Assembly: GCF_006345805.1 (NCBI RefSeq)
Contig: NW_021833506.1
Coordinates: 1 to 28,366, forward strand
DNA length: 28,366 bases
Direction: 5' to 3'
Source of the DNA: Octopus sinensis
Lineage: Eukaryota
Part shown: piece by piece, positions 1 to 10,833 of the stretch
Position numbering within the stretch: the first letter of the stretch is position 1
Layout of the letters: every line of letters starts with the position of its first letter
Program-made: the position numbers and the translations under genes
The notes under the pieces: generated by a model
Seen by the model: only the letters and a program-made list of their open reading frames with translations
The model's database searches: none
Told to the model about the DNA's origin: nothing

Positions 1-251
1 CACATCATCATCAACACCATCATCATTATCATCATCATCTCATCCATCGTCGTCGTCATCATCATCATCATCATCATCATCATTGTCGTCGTCGTCATCA
101 TCATCATCATCATCATCATCAACATCATCATCATCAACATCATCGTCGTTTTCGCTATCGTTGTCGTCGTCGTCGTCATCATCAACACTACTACCACCAT
201 CACTACCAAATTCACTATCACTATCACTATCACCATTAACTACCACCAACG

Positions 252-291
<40 letters not shown>

Positions 292-360
292 AACTACTAC
301 TACTACTACTACTATTTCTACTTCTACTACCACTACTACAACAGCTACAAGTACAATTTG

Positions 361-393
<33 letters not shown>

Positions 394-397
394 AACA

Positions 398-442
<45 letters not shown>

Positions 443-560
443 GCTGCTGCTGCTGCTCTAGCCATCACAGTTTCCATCAAGGACAACACCACCACCACCA
501 CCACTACCACCACCACCACCACCACCACCATCGTCACCATGACAACTATCACAGCCACAA
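1..560. repeat. Compound trinucleotide microsatellite (CAT/CGT/TAC/CAC/TGC)
   Basis: Continuous in-phase triplet repeats; the ORFs over it (40..558, 83..577, 358..564) are homopolymer translations. Confidence 0.97.
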
Positions 561-950
561 ATAAAATCCCCCCCTAACACCCCGCCCTCACTACGATCTC
601 CTAACACTTGTCATCAATTTCCAACAGTAAACAAATCCTATCTACGTAACAGTCTGTCTTTAATTGCTAATTGTTAATTGGGATTCGTTAGTAAATTATT
701 GTCATTAGTGTCTGAGGAGAGATGTACCCGGATGTTGTGTAGTTATCCCCGTCACATAGCCCACACACACACACACACGCATGCGCATGCATACACATAC
801 ACACCCACATACATATATACTTGCATACATTCACCATTGCTCAAACATGTATGCATAATCTGTATAAATGTATATATGTGTATGTATATATATAGATTTA
901 TATATGTGTGTATATGTACACCCACCACCCACCCACCCACACATAGTGCA

Positions 951-1100
951 TAGGCGCAGGCGCGGTCGTGTGGTAAGAAGCTTCCTTCCCAACCATATGG
1001 TCCCAGGTTCAATCCCACTGCATGGCACCTTGGGCACGTGACTTCTACTATGGTGCCTTGTGAGTGGATCTGACAGACGGAAACTGAAAGAAGCCCGTCG
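951..1100 (+). mobile_element. tRNA-headed SINE family A, 5' part with a short internal deletion
   Basis: Aligns to the longer copy at 27081-27488 (GTGTGGTAAG...GGTTCAATCCCACTGC...CACCTTGGGCA...GACGGAAACTGAAAGAAGCCCGTCG). It lacks about 18 nt around AGCCTCGGGCC. Confidence 0.9.
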
Positions 1101-1172
1101 TGTTTATGTATGTATGTATGTGTATGTATATATAAATGCATATATATATACGTACATACACACTCATATGTA

Positions 1173-1402
1173 AAGGCGAGCTGGCAGAAACGGTAGCACG
1201 CCGGGCGAAATGCGTAGCCGTATTTCGTCTGCCGTTACGTTCTGAGTTCAAATTCCGCCGAGGTTGACTTTGCCTTTCATCCTTTCGGGGGTTGATTAAA
1301 AAAGTACCAGTTACGCACTGGGGTCGATATAATCGACTTAATTCGTTTGTATGTCCTTGTTTGTCTTCTCTGTGTTTAGCCCCTTGTGGGTAGTAAAGAA
1401 AT
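1173..1402 (+). mobile_element. tRNA-headed SINE family B (central domain resembles the Nin/Inv SINE domain), near full length
   Basis: Box-B-like GAGTTCAAATTCC and core GACTTTGCCTTTCATCCTTTCGGGG..GAT..AAGTACCAG; closely similar to 11461-11693 and to the reverse complement of 28117-28343. The Nin-domain assignment is from memory. Confidence 0.92.
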
Positions 1403-1544
1403 ATATATATATACACATACACACATACACACCACAACTAACGCTACCAACAACAGCAACATCATCATCATCATCATCGTCGTCGTCGTAGTCGTGGTCG
1501 TCGTCATCATCATCTCCGTAGGTAAGAAATGTGAACACTACAAT

Positions 1545-1740
1545 GTCGAGCCACCTGCTAGGAATTGCTATCAAATATCCCTTAAATCATATTCCCTATA
1601 GTCTTAATGAAGAAAAACGATACATTGGAAGGTGTAGTCCTTGATAGACTGAATCTGCTCGCGAAAAGATTTGAAAGTCCATGATTACCATTCTTTTAAA
1701 TATACGTCAATTAGATCGCGTCTGAACTGAGATTATACAC
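1545..1740 (+). mobile_element. Degenerate interspersed repeat, possibly related to 12790-12985 on the opposite strand
   Basis: TGCTAGGAATTGCTATCAAATATCCCTTAAATC..GTCTTAA loosely matches the reverse complement of about 12915-12965. By-eye similarity only. Confidence 0.35.
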
Positions 1741-1959
1741 CATCGCCGGCGCCGCCACCATCACAACCATAATCATCATCGCCACCATGAACATCAACAT
1801 CATGATCGTCGTCGTCGTCGTCGTCATCATAATTATCATCATCATCATCAACATCGCTCGTATTTTACTTCAAATTCTTCAAATTCTTTTTCCTGACTAA
1901 TTTCAACTTCTCTATATCAAGAGTCATAATTATGCTAATCATTTCCATTTCTTTTCCCA

Positions 1960-2016
1960 ACAATAACAACAACAACAATAATAATAATGATAATAAAAAT
2001 GCTACTACTACTACTA

Positions 2017-2049
<33 letters not shown>

Positions 2050-2292
2050 CACCACCACCACCACCACCACAACTGCTACTACTACCCCCACCACCATTAC
2101 TACTACTACTACCACCACTACTATTACTAATACTACTACTACCACTACTATTACTACTACTACTACTACTACTATTATTACAACTACTACCTTCACCACC
2201 ACCACTACCACCATCACCACCACCACCACCACACCACCACCACTACCAGCACTACTACTACTACTACTACTACTAATAATAATAATAATAAT
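1960..2292. repeat. Compound trinucleotide microsatellite (AAC/AAT/TAC/CAC)
   Basis: Direct inspection; abuts the 3' end of a minus-strand family B SINE. Confidence 0.95.
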
Positions 2293-2440
2293 CTTTTCTC
2301 TTCGAGGCACAAGGCCCGAAATTCTTTGACGGGGGAGGGGTGCCAGTCGATTAGATCGACCCCAGTACTCAGCTGGTATTTATATTATCGTCTCGGTGAA
2401 TAAATCCACAACGGAAAGATGGACAAAATGCCGCTAAGAG
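2293..2440 (-). mobile_element. SINE family B, internally deleted copy
   Basis: AGGCACAAGGCCCGAAATT...GTCGATTAGATCGACCCCAGTAC..CTGGTA followed by ATGCCGCTAAG, the reverse complement of the head; the middle is missing. Confidence 0.75.
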
Positions 2441-2539
2441 TTTTTAATACTCGGAGTGTGAATAATTCCACCAGCTCGCTACTTTAACAGCAACAACAAC
2501 AACAACGACAACAGCAGCAGCAGCAGCAGCAACAGCAAT

Positions 2540-2684
2540 TCTTTCTATTATAGGCACAAGGCCTGAAATTTGTGTGAGGGGATCAGAAGGCGGTCGATTA
2601 CATGGGATACTCAGCTTAATTGGCACTCATTTCATCGACCCGGAAGGATAAAAGGCAAAGTCGACCTCTGCGGGATTTGAACTC
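2540..2684 (-). mobile_element. SINE family B, 5'-truncated
   Basis: ATCGACCCGGAAGGATAAAAGGCAAAGTCGACCTCTGCGGGATTTGAACTC is the reverse complement of the core plus box B. Confidence 0.88.
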
Positions 2685-2695
2685 TACTACTACTC

Positions 2696-2748
<53 letters not shown>

Positions 2749-2776
2749 TGCCTACTACTACTCACTACTACACTAC

Positions 2777-2809
<33 letters not shown>

Positions 2810-2817
2810 ATACACTA

Positions 2818-2855
<38 letters not shown>

Positions 2856-2879
2856 ATAATAAAAGGAGAAGAAGCAGAA

Positions 2880-3090
2880 TCCTTTCCGTTATAGGAACAT
2901 GTGGCCTGAAAGTTTTGGTTGGAGGGGGTTAGTCGATTGTATTGACTCCAGTGCTCAACTGGTACTTATTTCATCAACCCCGGAAGGATAAAAGGCAAAG
3001 TCGACCCCTGCGGGATTTGAACTCAGCCGGCAAAGCTGGAAGAAACGCCACTAAGCATTATTGTACGGCGTGCTAACGACTCAGCCAGCT
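2880..3090 (-). mobile_element. SINE family B, diverged near-full copy
   Basis: Core AAGGATAAAAGGCAAAGTCGACC, box B GATTTGAACTCAG, head GGCGTGCTAACGACTCAGCCAGCT. Confidence 0.88.
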
Positions 3091-3574
3091 AGCAGCATTA
3101 CAGCAACAACATCAGCAGCAGCAGCAACAACAACAGCGGCAGTAACAAATACAACAACAGTAACAAATACAACAACAACCGCTGCAAGAGCAGCTGAACC
3201 ATCAGCTGTAATAACAGGAAATAACACAACAGCAGCAAGAAGAACAGTATTTGGATAAGAATTATCGGCAATCAACAGAAACCCATTTACGACGTAATCA
3301 ACATGGCTTAATTAACTTAACCAATAATTAACTTCGTGGTCAGCTAGTAATTTGGCTGTTTATACATGTGACCACCGTGGTGGTCACACAGATTCATGTC
3401 AATGATGATGATGATGATGATGATGATAGTAATGATGATGATGTCTATGATAATGATGATGATGATGATGATGATGATCACAATGATGATGACAATAATG
3501 ATGATGATGTCTATGATGACGACGACGACGACGACGACGTTGGTGATGATGATGATGATGTTGATGATGGTAGT

Positions 3575-3768
3575 TCTTTCTACTCTCGGCACAAGGCCAG
3601 CAAGTTTCAAGGGGGTAAAGATTACGATTACATCGACTCCATTGTTCGACTAGTAGTTATGCTATCGACCCCAAAAGGGCGAAAGACAAAATCGACCTCG
3701 GCCGAATTTGATCTATGAATTACCGATAAGTATTTTGTCCAGCGTGTCAACGATTCTGCCAGTTCGCC
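3575..3768 (-). mobile_element. SINE family B, diverged
   Basis: GGCACAAGGCCAGC...ATCGACCCCAAAAGGGCGAAAGACAAAATCGACCTCGGCCGAATTTGA...TTCTGCCAGTTCGCC. Confidence 0.82.
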
Positions 3769-3789
3769 GGACTGTTATGGCTTTAAGTT

Positions 3790-3982
3790 TTGGCTCAGGG
3801 GCCCAGCAATTTCAGGAAAAGGGTTATGTCAATCACATCGACTCTAGGGCTCAACTGGAACTTATTTTATCGACCCCGAAGGTAAAGCCAGCATCGGCTG
3901 AATTTGAGCTCAGAACTTAAGGACTGATGAAATACCGCTAAGCTTCTGGTCTGGAGTGCTAAATATTCTACAAGCTCGCCGC
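3790..3982 (-). mobile_element. SINE family B, diverged
   Basis: TTATCGACCCCGAAGG...GAATTTGAGCTCAGAAC...GAAATACCGCTAAGC...GCTCGCCGC. Confidence 0.82.
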
Positions 3983-4052
3983 TTTCATGATATCGACAAC
4001 GACGATGACCACGTAACAACAATAACAACAACAACAACAACAACAATAGGAC

Positions 4053-4314
4053 TCATGGGTGTTTCGATCATCATCCTGAAACAAATTCTTTTCAGGGACT
4101 TTTTGCGTGGGATGGGCCTCACGAAGAAGGGCCCTACCTGCAAAGTCATACGCTGTTGAATCTTGATATGAGGTCACTATGTCGCGCACATATGGTTGTG
4201 ATGCACGTACCCTGGTGTACCCTTATCTGACGAGTAGTCATGATCGGTATATTGAGCTTCGTATATTTGTACCCCAGTGTCACTTTGATCGCATGCATTC
4301 TTCTCTCACTCAAT
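4053..4314 (+). mobile_element. Probable 3' end of a non-LTR retroelement (LINE 3' UTR) followed by an (AAT/GAT)n tail
   Basis: Non-simple block ending ...CCCCAGTGTCACTTTGAT.GCATGCA..CTCTCACTCAAT directly into a triplet tail. Recognised from memory as a common octopus repeat; clade not established. Confidence 0.5.
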
Positions 4315-4396
4315 CACAATAATAATAATGATGATGATGATGATGATGATGATGATGGTGATGATGATAATAATAATAATAATATCAGTGATACTC

Positions 4397-4481
4397 CTTT
4401 ACTCTTTTACTTGTTTCAGTCATTTGACTGCGGCCATGCTGGAGCACAGCCTTTAGTCGAGCAAAGGACTTATTCTTTGTA
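4397..4481 (-). mobile_element. SINE family A, 3' tail fragment
   Basis: TTTACTCTTTTACTTGTTTCAGTCATTTGACTGCGGCCATGCTGGAGCAC is a near-exact reverse complement of about 27425-27478. Confidence 0.92.
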
Positions 4482-4696
4482 TATTTGTATCCCAGTGTCA
4501 CTTTGATAGCATGCATTGTTCTCTCACTCAATCACAATGATAATAATGATGATGATGATAATAATGATGATGATAATAATAATAATAATAATAGTAATAA
4601 TTATATCAATGATACGCTTTTACTCTTTTGAAGGTTGTAAAAGCAACGAAAATTTTGTGAGAAAAGAAAATAAGCGAGCAAGGCATTAAGACAGTA

Positions 4697-4699
<3 letters not shown>

Positions 4700-4758
<59 letters not shown>
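4700..4758. repeat. (CT)n microsatellite
   Basis: Perfect dinucleotide run. Confidence 0.98.
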
Positions 4759-4760
<2 letters not shown>

Positions 4761-4938
4761 GACACAACAAGATTTGATTCTACTCATGAATTCGTAATAA
4801 AGAAACTTGCAAACAGGATACAAAAAACGATGTTCAACAAATACGTATATAAAGAAAATTGAGTAACACGCGATCCATCGATGAAGATCTAGAAATCGAG
4901 ACAACCAGAATATGAAGTGATTGAAAGCAGAAACAACA

Positions 4939-4939
<1 letters not shown>

Positions 4940-4996
<57 letters not shown>

Positions 4997-5001
4997 ACAC
5001 A
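4940..5001. repeat. (CA)n microsatellite
   Basis: Near-perfect dinucleotide run. Confidence 0.97.
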
Positions 5002-5325
5002 CGAAACAGGAGCTTTGCATGTGTAGAGCTGCAGATTAGTAACTAACAGAAAATTATATATGATATATGCTTATACACAACATAGAGAAAAATACTCCAT
5101 TCTGTATAGCCTGCGCGCATGCGTTACGTACTGTACGTAGCATATATAATATAGACATACAGAACAATAACAAAAACATTAAAAATGCAAGAAAGAAAAA
5201 AGAACACAGATACAAGCAACAATACGTGAAGGCATGTCTTTCTCGTAAGAGTTAGACCTGTTTACAGTGATGTGTAGTGAATAATTATACTTGAAACTAC
5301 GTAAACCCATTATTTGTCGCAAAAT

Positions 5326-5469
5326 CCATCATCATCATCATCATCAGCATCATCACCATTATCATTATCACCATCATCATCAGCATCATCACCGTCGTCG
5401 TCACATCATCATCATCATCATCGTCACCATCCTCCTCCTCCTCCTCCTCCTCCTCCTCCTCCTCATCAT

Positions 5470-5500
<31 letters not shown>

Positions 5501-5854
5501 AGCATCAGCATCACCATCATCACCATCATCATCATCGTCATCATCGTCATCATCGTCGTCATCTTCATCATCATCGTCATCGTCGTCGTCGTCGTCGTCA
5601 TCATCATCGTCGTCGTTGTCGTCATCATCATCATCATCATCATCATAATCGTCATCATCATTGTTATCCACATTTTCATTACAGTAACCACCTCTTTCAC
5701 TTACACCACCACCACCACCATCATCTCCACGAACCACAACTACCAAATCCATCATCACCATCATCACTATTATTACCTATATTATTATTATATTATTATT
5801 CTTATTATTATTATTTATTATATATTTTATTATTATTATTATTAGATTATTATA

Positions 5855-5895
<41 letters not shown>

Positions 5896-5917
5896 TATTA
5901 TTATTATTATTATTATA
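5326..5917. repeat. Compound trinucleotide microsatellite (CAT/CCT/CAG/CGT/CAC/TAT)
   Basis: Direct inspection; source of the spurious poly-His/Pro/Asp ORFs. Confidence 0.95.
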
Positions 5918-6024
5918 TGCCTCTCGTTTATTGTTTTGTTTTGGTAGATCTGAGCGTTATATAACATACACATTTGTTAATGCAATCATATCACGAATTG
6001 CATACATACTTGTGCATATACATA

Positions 6025-6059
6025 TACACATATATAATATATGTGTGTATATATATATA

Positions 6060-6105
<46 letters not shown>

Positions 6106-6128
6106 TATCTATATATATATATTGTATG

Positions 6129-6159
<31 letters not shown>

Positions 6160-8000
6160 ATTATATGTATGTATGTATGAATATATATGCATATACATAC
6201 CTAACAAAGCTTTATTTTTGTACTACAGTGGTAAGTGCATGCGAAGCAGTAGGTAAATACGATACACGTTCGCATAAATATATGCTTAAATACGTACACA
6301 GACACATAAACATACACACATACACAGACACATAAACACATACCTATACACACACACATACACACACCTATATGGATATAATTATATCTAATTGTATCTA
6401 CAGGTAAACACGTATAATTATACATGTATCTCCTAAGGTACGTAGAACATAATGAAGGCATTTTTATCCAGAGGTAAACAGATATAATTATTCGGGTGCA
6501 ACGTCTCAAGGTACGCAGCACTTATACGAAACATTACGACGTTAATGACTGCGGCGACCAATCGGGAGAGTGAAGGAGAATATACACAACACATCCATAA
6601 TAAAAAAAAAAGAGTACCAAAATATAAAAAAAGAGTACGTGGATTAGAAAGAAGAATAAGCGAAACAAACACATGCATTTAGAAATATTGAGGAGCAAAT
6701 ATATTTTTGTTAATAATAGGAATACTTTCATTCGATAAGACATAAGACATGTTTTTATGTGTTAAATATACGTGTCTTTTATATGAGTATATATATAGGT
6801 ATGTATGTATGTATGTATGTATGTATGTATGTATGTATGTATGTATGTATGTATGTATGTATGTATGTTTGTATGTATGTATGTATGTATGTATGTATGT
6901 ATAGGTATAGGTATAGGTATATGTATATGTGTGTGTATTATATATATATATATATGTAGATATAAATATATATAATATAAATGTATTTATATTTATATAT
7001 GATATACATATGTGTTTATATATACGTATATACATATATGTATACATATTTGAATATATATATATGTATATGTATAAATATATGAATATGTATATATATG
7101 TATACATATGAGTGTGTGTACATATATGTGTATATATATATATATGTATTTATAAATATGTATATATATATAAATATATATATGTGTGTGTGTGTGTTTG
7201 TGTGGGTTTGGTTATATGTGTGTATATATATATGTCTGTGTGTATGCGTGTGGTGACATGTTTGCGTGTCTATATAAAGGATATAAATTACTGTTGCAGC
7301 CTCAGGTGTATCGAGTAATTACCATAAAGAGATCCATATTCAAACACACATGCACACGAATGCAGAGAGTGCATTCTTTAAGTAATCTTATCAATATCTA
7401 CATTTGTAAATATGTATGCATATACTAATTATATATATATATATGTTGCTTTCTGTATATTTATGCAAATATATATATATATATATACATTTGAATACAC
7501 AAACACACATATATGTATGTATATATATATAAATGCTTATATATATGAATTTTAGCATTTAACCATGCATAAAGTATCGTAAATATATTCTATTGTGTTA
7601 TATATATACATATATGTATGTATATATATATATGTATTTTGTATATAAGTATATGTATATATATTGCATTAAATGTAGTGTTTACATAATGTTATTTTAT
7701 ATAGTATAGGTATTCTATTGTGCGCCTGTGTTCGTAAGTGTTTTGTGTTTATACAGTTGTATATACATACACACACACATATATACAAATACACATACAT
7801 ATATACATACGCATATATATATATATATACACACATACGTATGTATATATATATACTTACATATATATATATATATATACACAAACAAACATACACATAT
7901 ATATATGTATATATATACATATAAATGTGTATATATATGTGTGTGTGTGTGTATATATGTATATGTGTGTATATACATATATATGTGTGTGTGTATAATA
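6025..8000. repeat. Degenerate TA/TG/TATG microsatellite field, including (GTAT)n at about 6798-6900
   Basis: Mostly alternating purine-pyrimidine low-complexity sequence with short unique interruptions. Confidence 0.9.
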
Positions 8001-8983
8001 CTAGTCATGTTGTCAAGTATAACCTACGGTAAATAAGCATCAGATTCATCAGACTTGCGACATGGTGGTCACCACGTAAGTCTTTTATAAAAAAGCCGCC
8101 ATTAGTGACTCCTCTCTTAGCTGCCATTAGTGACTCGCAACCACACGTAATACACTGCATGCTAATACCTTTGTCTCTTGTTTCCTTTTTAACTTTGCAT
8201 GAGATGGTTTGCTTATTTGAGTGTCTGTTATCTAAAAATGCAGAGGCCGAAAAATTCGAACATGTTTATTTCATCCATGATTATTAATCTGTGTGAAGGA
8301 AAATACAAATGCTGATTTTATTTATAGTGTGATCAAAATTTTGTCCCGTCTTTTGTACGCGTATTTTAAAACACGAAAACGGAAGTGACAAACATCCGAT
8401 CTCCCGAAGTGTCCAGGAAGATTAAGAGATGTTTCGTCGATCGCCAGAGGAGGAAAATTAACAGCCACAACTCCCTCAAACTGCACAGGTCTCATTGTTC
8501 TCGGAAAGTCTACGAATCCTATAAAGAAATCCTTTACTTAGAGGCCAAATACTGCACCATACTATCTTTAAAAGGGTCACATTTGCAGTTATAAGCAGGG
8601 GTACGGTATAAGCATAGTAACACAAAAATATAGTTTACTAACGGCATGTATAGGTAACAGTACAAAATTTACCCAAATACCGATCACAGAAAGATATATA
8701 ACAGTTATTAGAAGCAAAGATATTAAAATATATATCACTCTTATGGATACGCTGCTTCATAGTACAAACTACAATGAAACACGGGTAACACATTCATTTA
8801 TAATAATTAGTAGCACAAAACATATGGAAATACTAACCATAAATGTAGATATATATTAATAATTTATACTGCTTTTGAAGTCAAATGCTCAACACATATT
8901 TGGTTATTGTAGCCAGTAGTATAACCTACATTTCGGTCCGGCCCATATTTCGATTGAATAGTTTTGTAATATAATATAGGGTC

Positions 8984-9200
8984 AAGGCAGCGTGCTTGCA
9001 GAATCGAGAGCACGCCAGGCAAAGCGCTTAGCAGCATTTCATCCGCCTTTGCGTTTTGTGTTGCAGTTGCACCGAGGTCGATTTTGCATTTCATCTTTTC
9101 AGGGTCGACAATATAAATACCAGTACAGCAGTGGGGCCGATGTAATCAACTTACTCCCTTCCCCGAAACCGGTGACCATGAGCCAAAATTTGAAATCAAT
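8984..9200 (+). mobile_element. SINE family B, old diverged copy
   Basis: AAGGCAGCGTGCTTGCAGAATC...CCGAGGTCGATTTTGCATTTCATCTTTTCAGGGTCGAC...ATACCAG...GGGGCCGATGTAATCAACTTA. Confidence 0.85.
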
Positions 9201-9296
9201 ATAATATAGAATCATATACTGACAATATTTGGGGACTTAATAGTAGGAAAAGATACATTCAAATATTAGAGGGAGCTTTCGAGGTAATGGTTAGCA

Positions 9297-9297
9297 T

Positions 9298-9343
<46 letters not shown>

Positions 9344-9375
9344 CTATATATATATATATATATACATATATATAC

Positions 9376-9471
<96 letters not shown>

Positions 9472-9477
9472 CACCAC

Positions 9478-9512
<35 letters not shown>
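9297..9512. repeat. Long (TA)n microsatellite
   Basis: Direct inspection. Confidence 0.97.
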
Positions 9513-9514
<2 letters not shown>

Positions 9515-9727
9515 AGGGAATGCCGAAAAGTCCTTGGCTTTAAGGATATCGTGAAAAGCCTGGTTGGAGGCCCAACCTTCCGAGTTCTTTTACAGGGCTT
9601 AAAAAACTGAAGGACCGCAGCAATAAGTGTGTGAACGTGAGGAAGCAATATGTTGAGCAAAATCTTAATTAACTGATCCTCCTATATTTTCTTTTACCAA
9701 ACCCAGTAACTTTTCAGCACCCCATCG
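9513..9727 (+). mobile_element. Mariner-derived MITE (internally deleted, non-autonomous)
   Basis: Imperfect 29-bp TIRs (9513-9541 vs 9699-9727, 19/29 identical, sharing TGCYGAAAAGT). The interior encodes a mariner C-terminal remnant, [23 protein letters not shown] on the left flank, TG on the right. Confidence 0.85.
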
Positions 9728-9737
9728 TGTGCGTGCC

Positions 9738-9778
<41 letters not shown>

Positions 9779-9784
9779 TATATA

Positions 9785-10705
9785 CAAAGACCCGCTCGTG
9801 ATTGGTATGCCATGTTCAAAAATGGAAATTTCGACCACAAAGACGCACCTCGTTCCGGCCGTCCAGTGGAGTTCGATGAAGAGCGATTAAACCAACTTTT
9901 GCACGAAAATTCTCGTCAAACGACAAGGGAACTGGCAGAGAAAATGGAATGCTCCCACACTGCTATAGAGAAGCATCTTCACACGATGGGAAAGGTTCAG
10001 AAGTATGGAGCATGGGTTCCACATGCTTTAAGTGACAACTACAAAAATCAACGAGCCACAATCTCCGCTGGTTTGCTTGCTCGTCACGGCTCAACTCATG
10101 GCCACACACAACGATTTCTTTACCGAATCGTTACTGGCGACGAAAAGTGGTGCCTGTACATCAATATGAAGCAGCGTAAGGAATGGCTTAGCCCTGGTAA
10201 ACAAGCGACACCTAGCGTGAAACAAGATCTTCATCCGCGTAAAACGATGTTGTGCGTATGGTGGGACTGGGAAGGGATTATCTATTACGAATTGCTTGAA
10301 CGGAGCTAAACGGTCAACGCGGAATTCTATGTTCAACAGATGGAACGACTCAATATGGCTATTCAAGAGAAAAGTCCTAATCGGCATCATGGAGTTCTTC
10401 TGCTGCACGACAACGCCTGCCCTCATATCGCCAATGTGACCAAGGAAGCCATTCAAACGCATGGCTGGGAAGTGCTGCCAGACCCACCGTACTCTCCTGA
10501 TTTGGCACCATCGGATTTCCACCTCTTTCGATCTCTTTCAAATGCTATGTGCGGAGTTTCCTTCAATACTGATGCAGAATTGAGAGCTTTGTTGGATCAC
10601 TTTTTCGAGTCGAAATCAGATGATTCCTACCAACCAGGTATTGAAAATCGTGTTGAACATTGGGAAGAAGTTGTAAACAACAAGGGGGAATACATTATTG
10701 ATTAA
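9785..10705 (+). pseudogene. Mariner (D,D34D) transposase, 5'-truncated, one in-frame stop (TAA 10307-10309)
   Basis: ORFs 9812..10309 and 10340..10705 share a frame. Motifs: PRSGRP, WVPHAL, IVTGDEKW, LLHDNA, YSPDLAPSDFHLF, with 34 residues between the 2nd and 3rd Asp; C-terminus WEEVVNNKGEYIID. Confidence 0.97.
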
Positions 10706-10773
10706 TTAGTTGTTATTTTTTTATTAAACCTTTTAAAAAATTAAATTAAAAAAAACGGCGAGAACTTAGTTGC

Positions 10774-10779
<6 letters not shown>
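9785..10779 (+). mobile_element. Mariner DNA transposon, right TIR present and left end missing (mellifera-subfamily-like)
   Basis: Right end AAAACGGCGAGAACTTAGTTGCCAATAATA (reverse complement contains TTGGCAACTAAGT) runs into (TA)n; no left TIR upstream of the coding remnant. Confidence 0.88.
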
Positions 10780-10827
<48 letters not shown>

Positions 10828-10833
10828 ATTATC

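Noticed and set aside
2293-3982. Repeat-spacer alternation superficially like a CRISPR array
   Set aside because: Repeats are 150-210 bp diverged SINEs, spacers are microsatellites, the context is eukaryotic and there are no cas genes.
4877-4890. CATCGATGAAGA, matching the conserved 5.8S rRNA motif
   Set aside because: Only about 12 nt match; the flanks do not resemble 5.8S rRNA.
40-5964. Long low-complexity ORFs (poly-V, T, D, H, P, Y), e.g. 40..558, 83..577, 5291..5845, 5314..5964
   Set aside because: They are open only because triplet repeats lack stops, in several frames and on both strands at once; there is no domain content or splice support.
6402-6566. Diverged 70-bp dimer (AGGTAAACA..TATAATTA..AAGGTACG) and a GACCAATCG CCAAT-box match
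   Set aside because: Short, degenerate and expected by chance or local duplication; nothing else supports a promoter.
10091-10522. 143-aa minus-strand ORF
   Set aside because: Antisense shadow of the mariner transposase.
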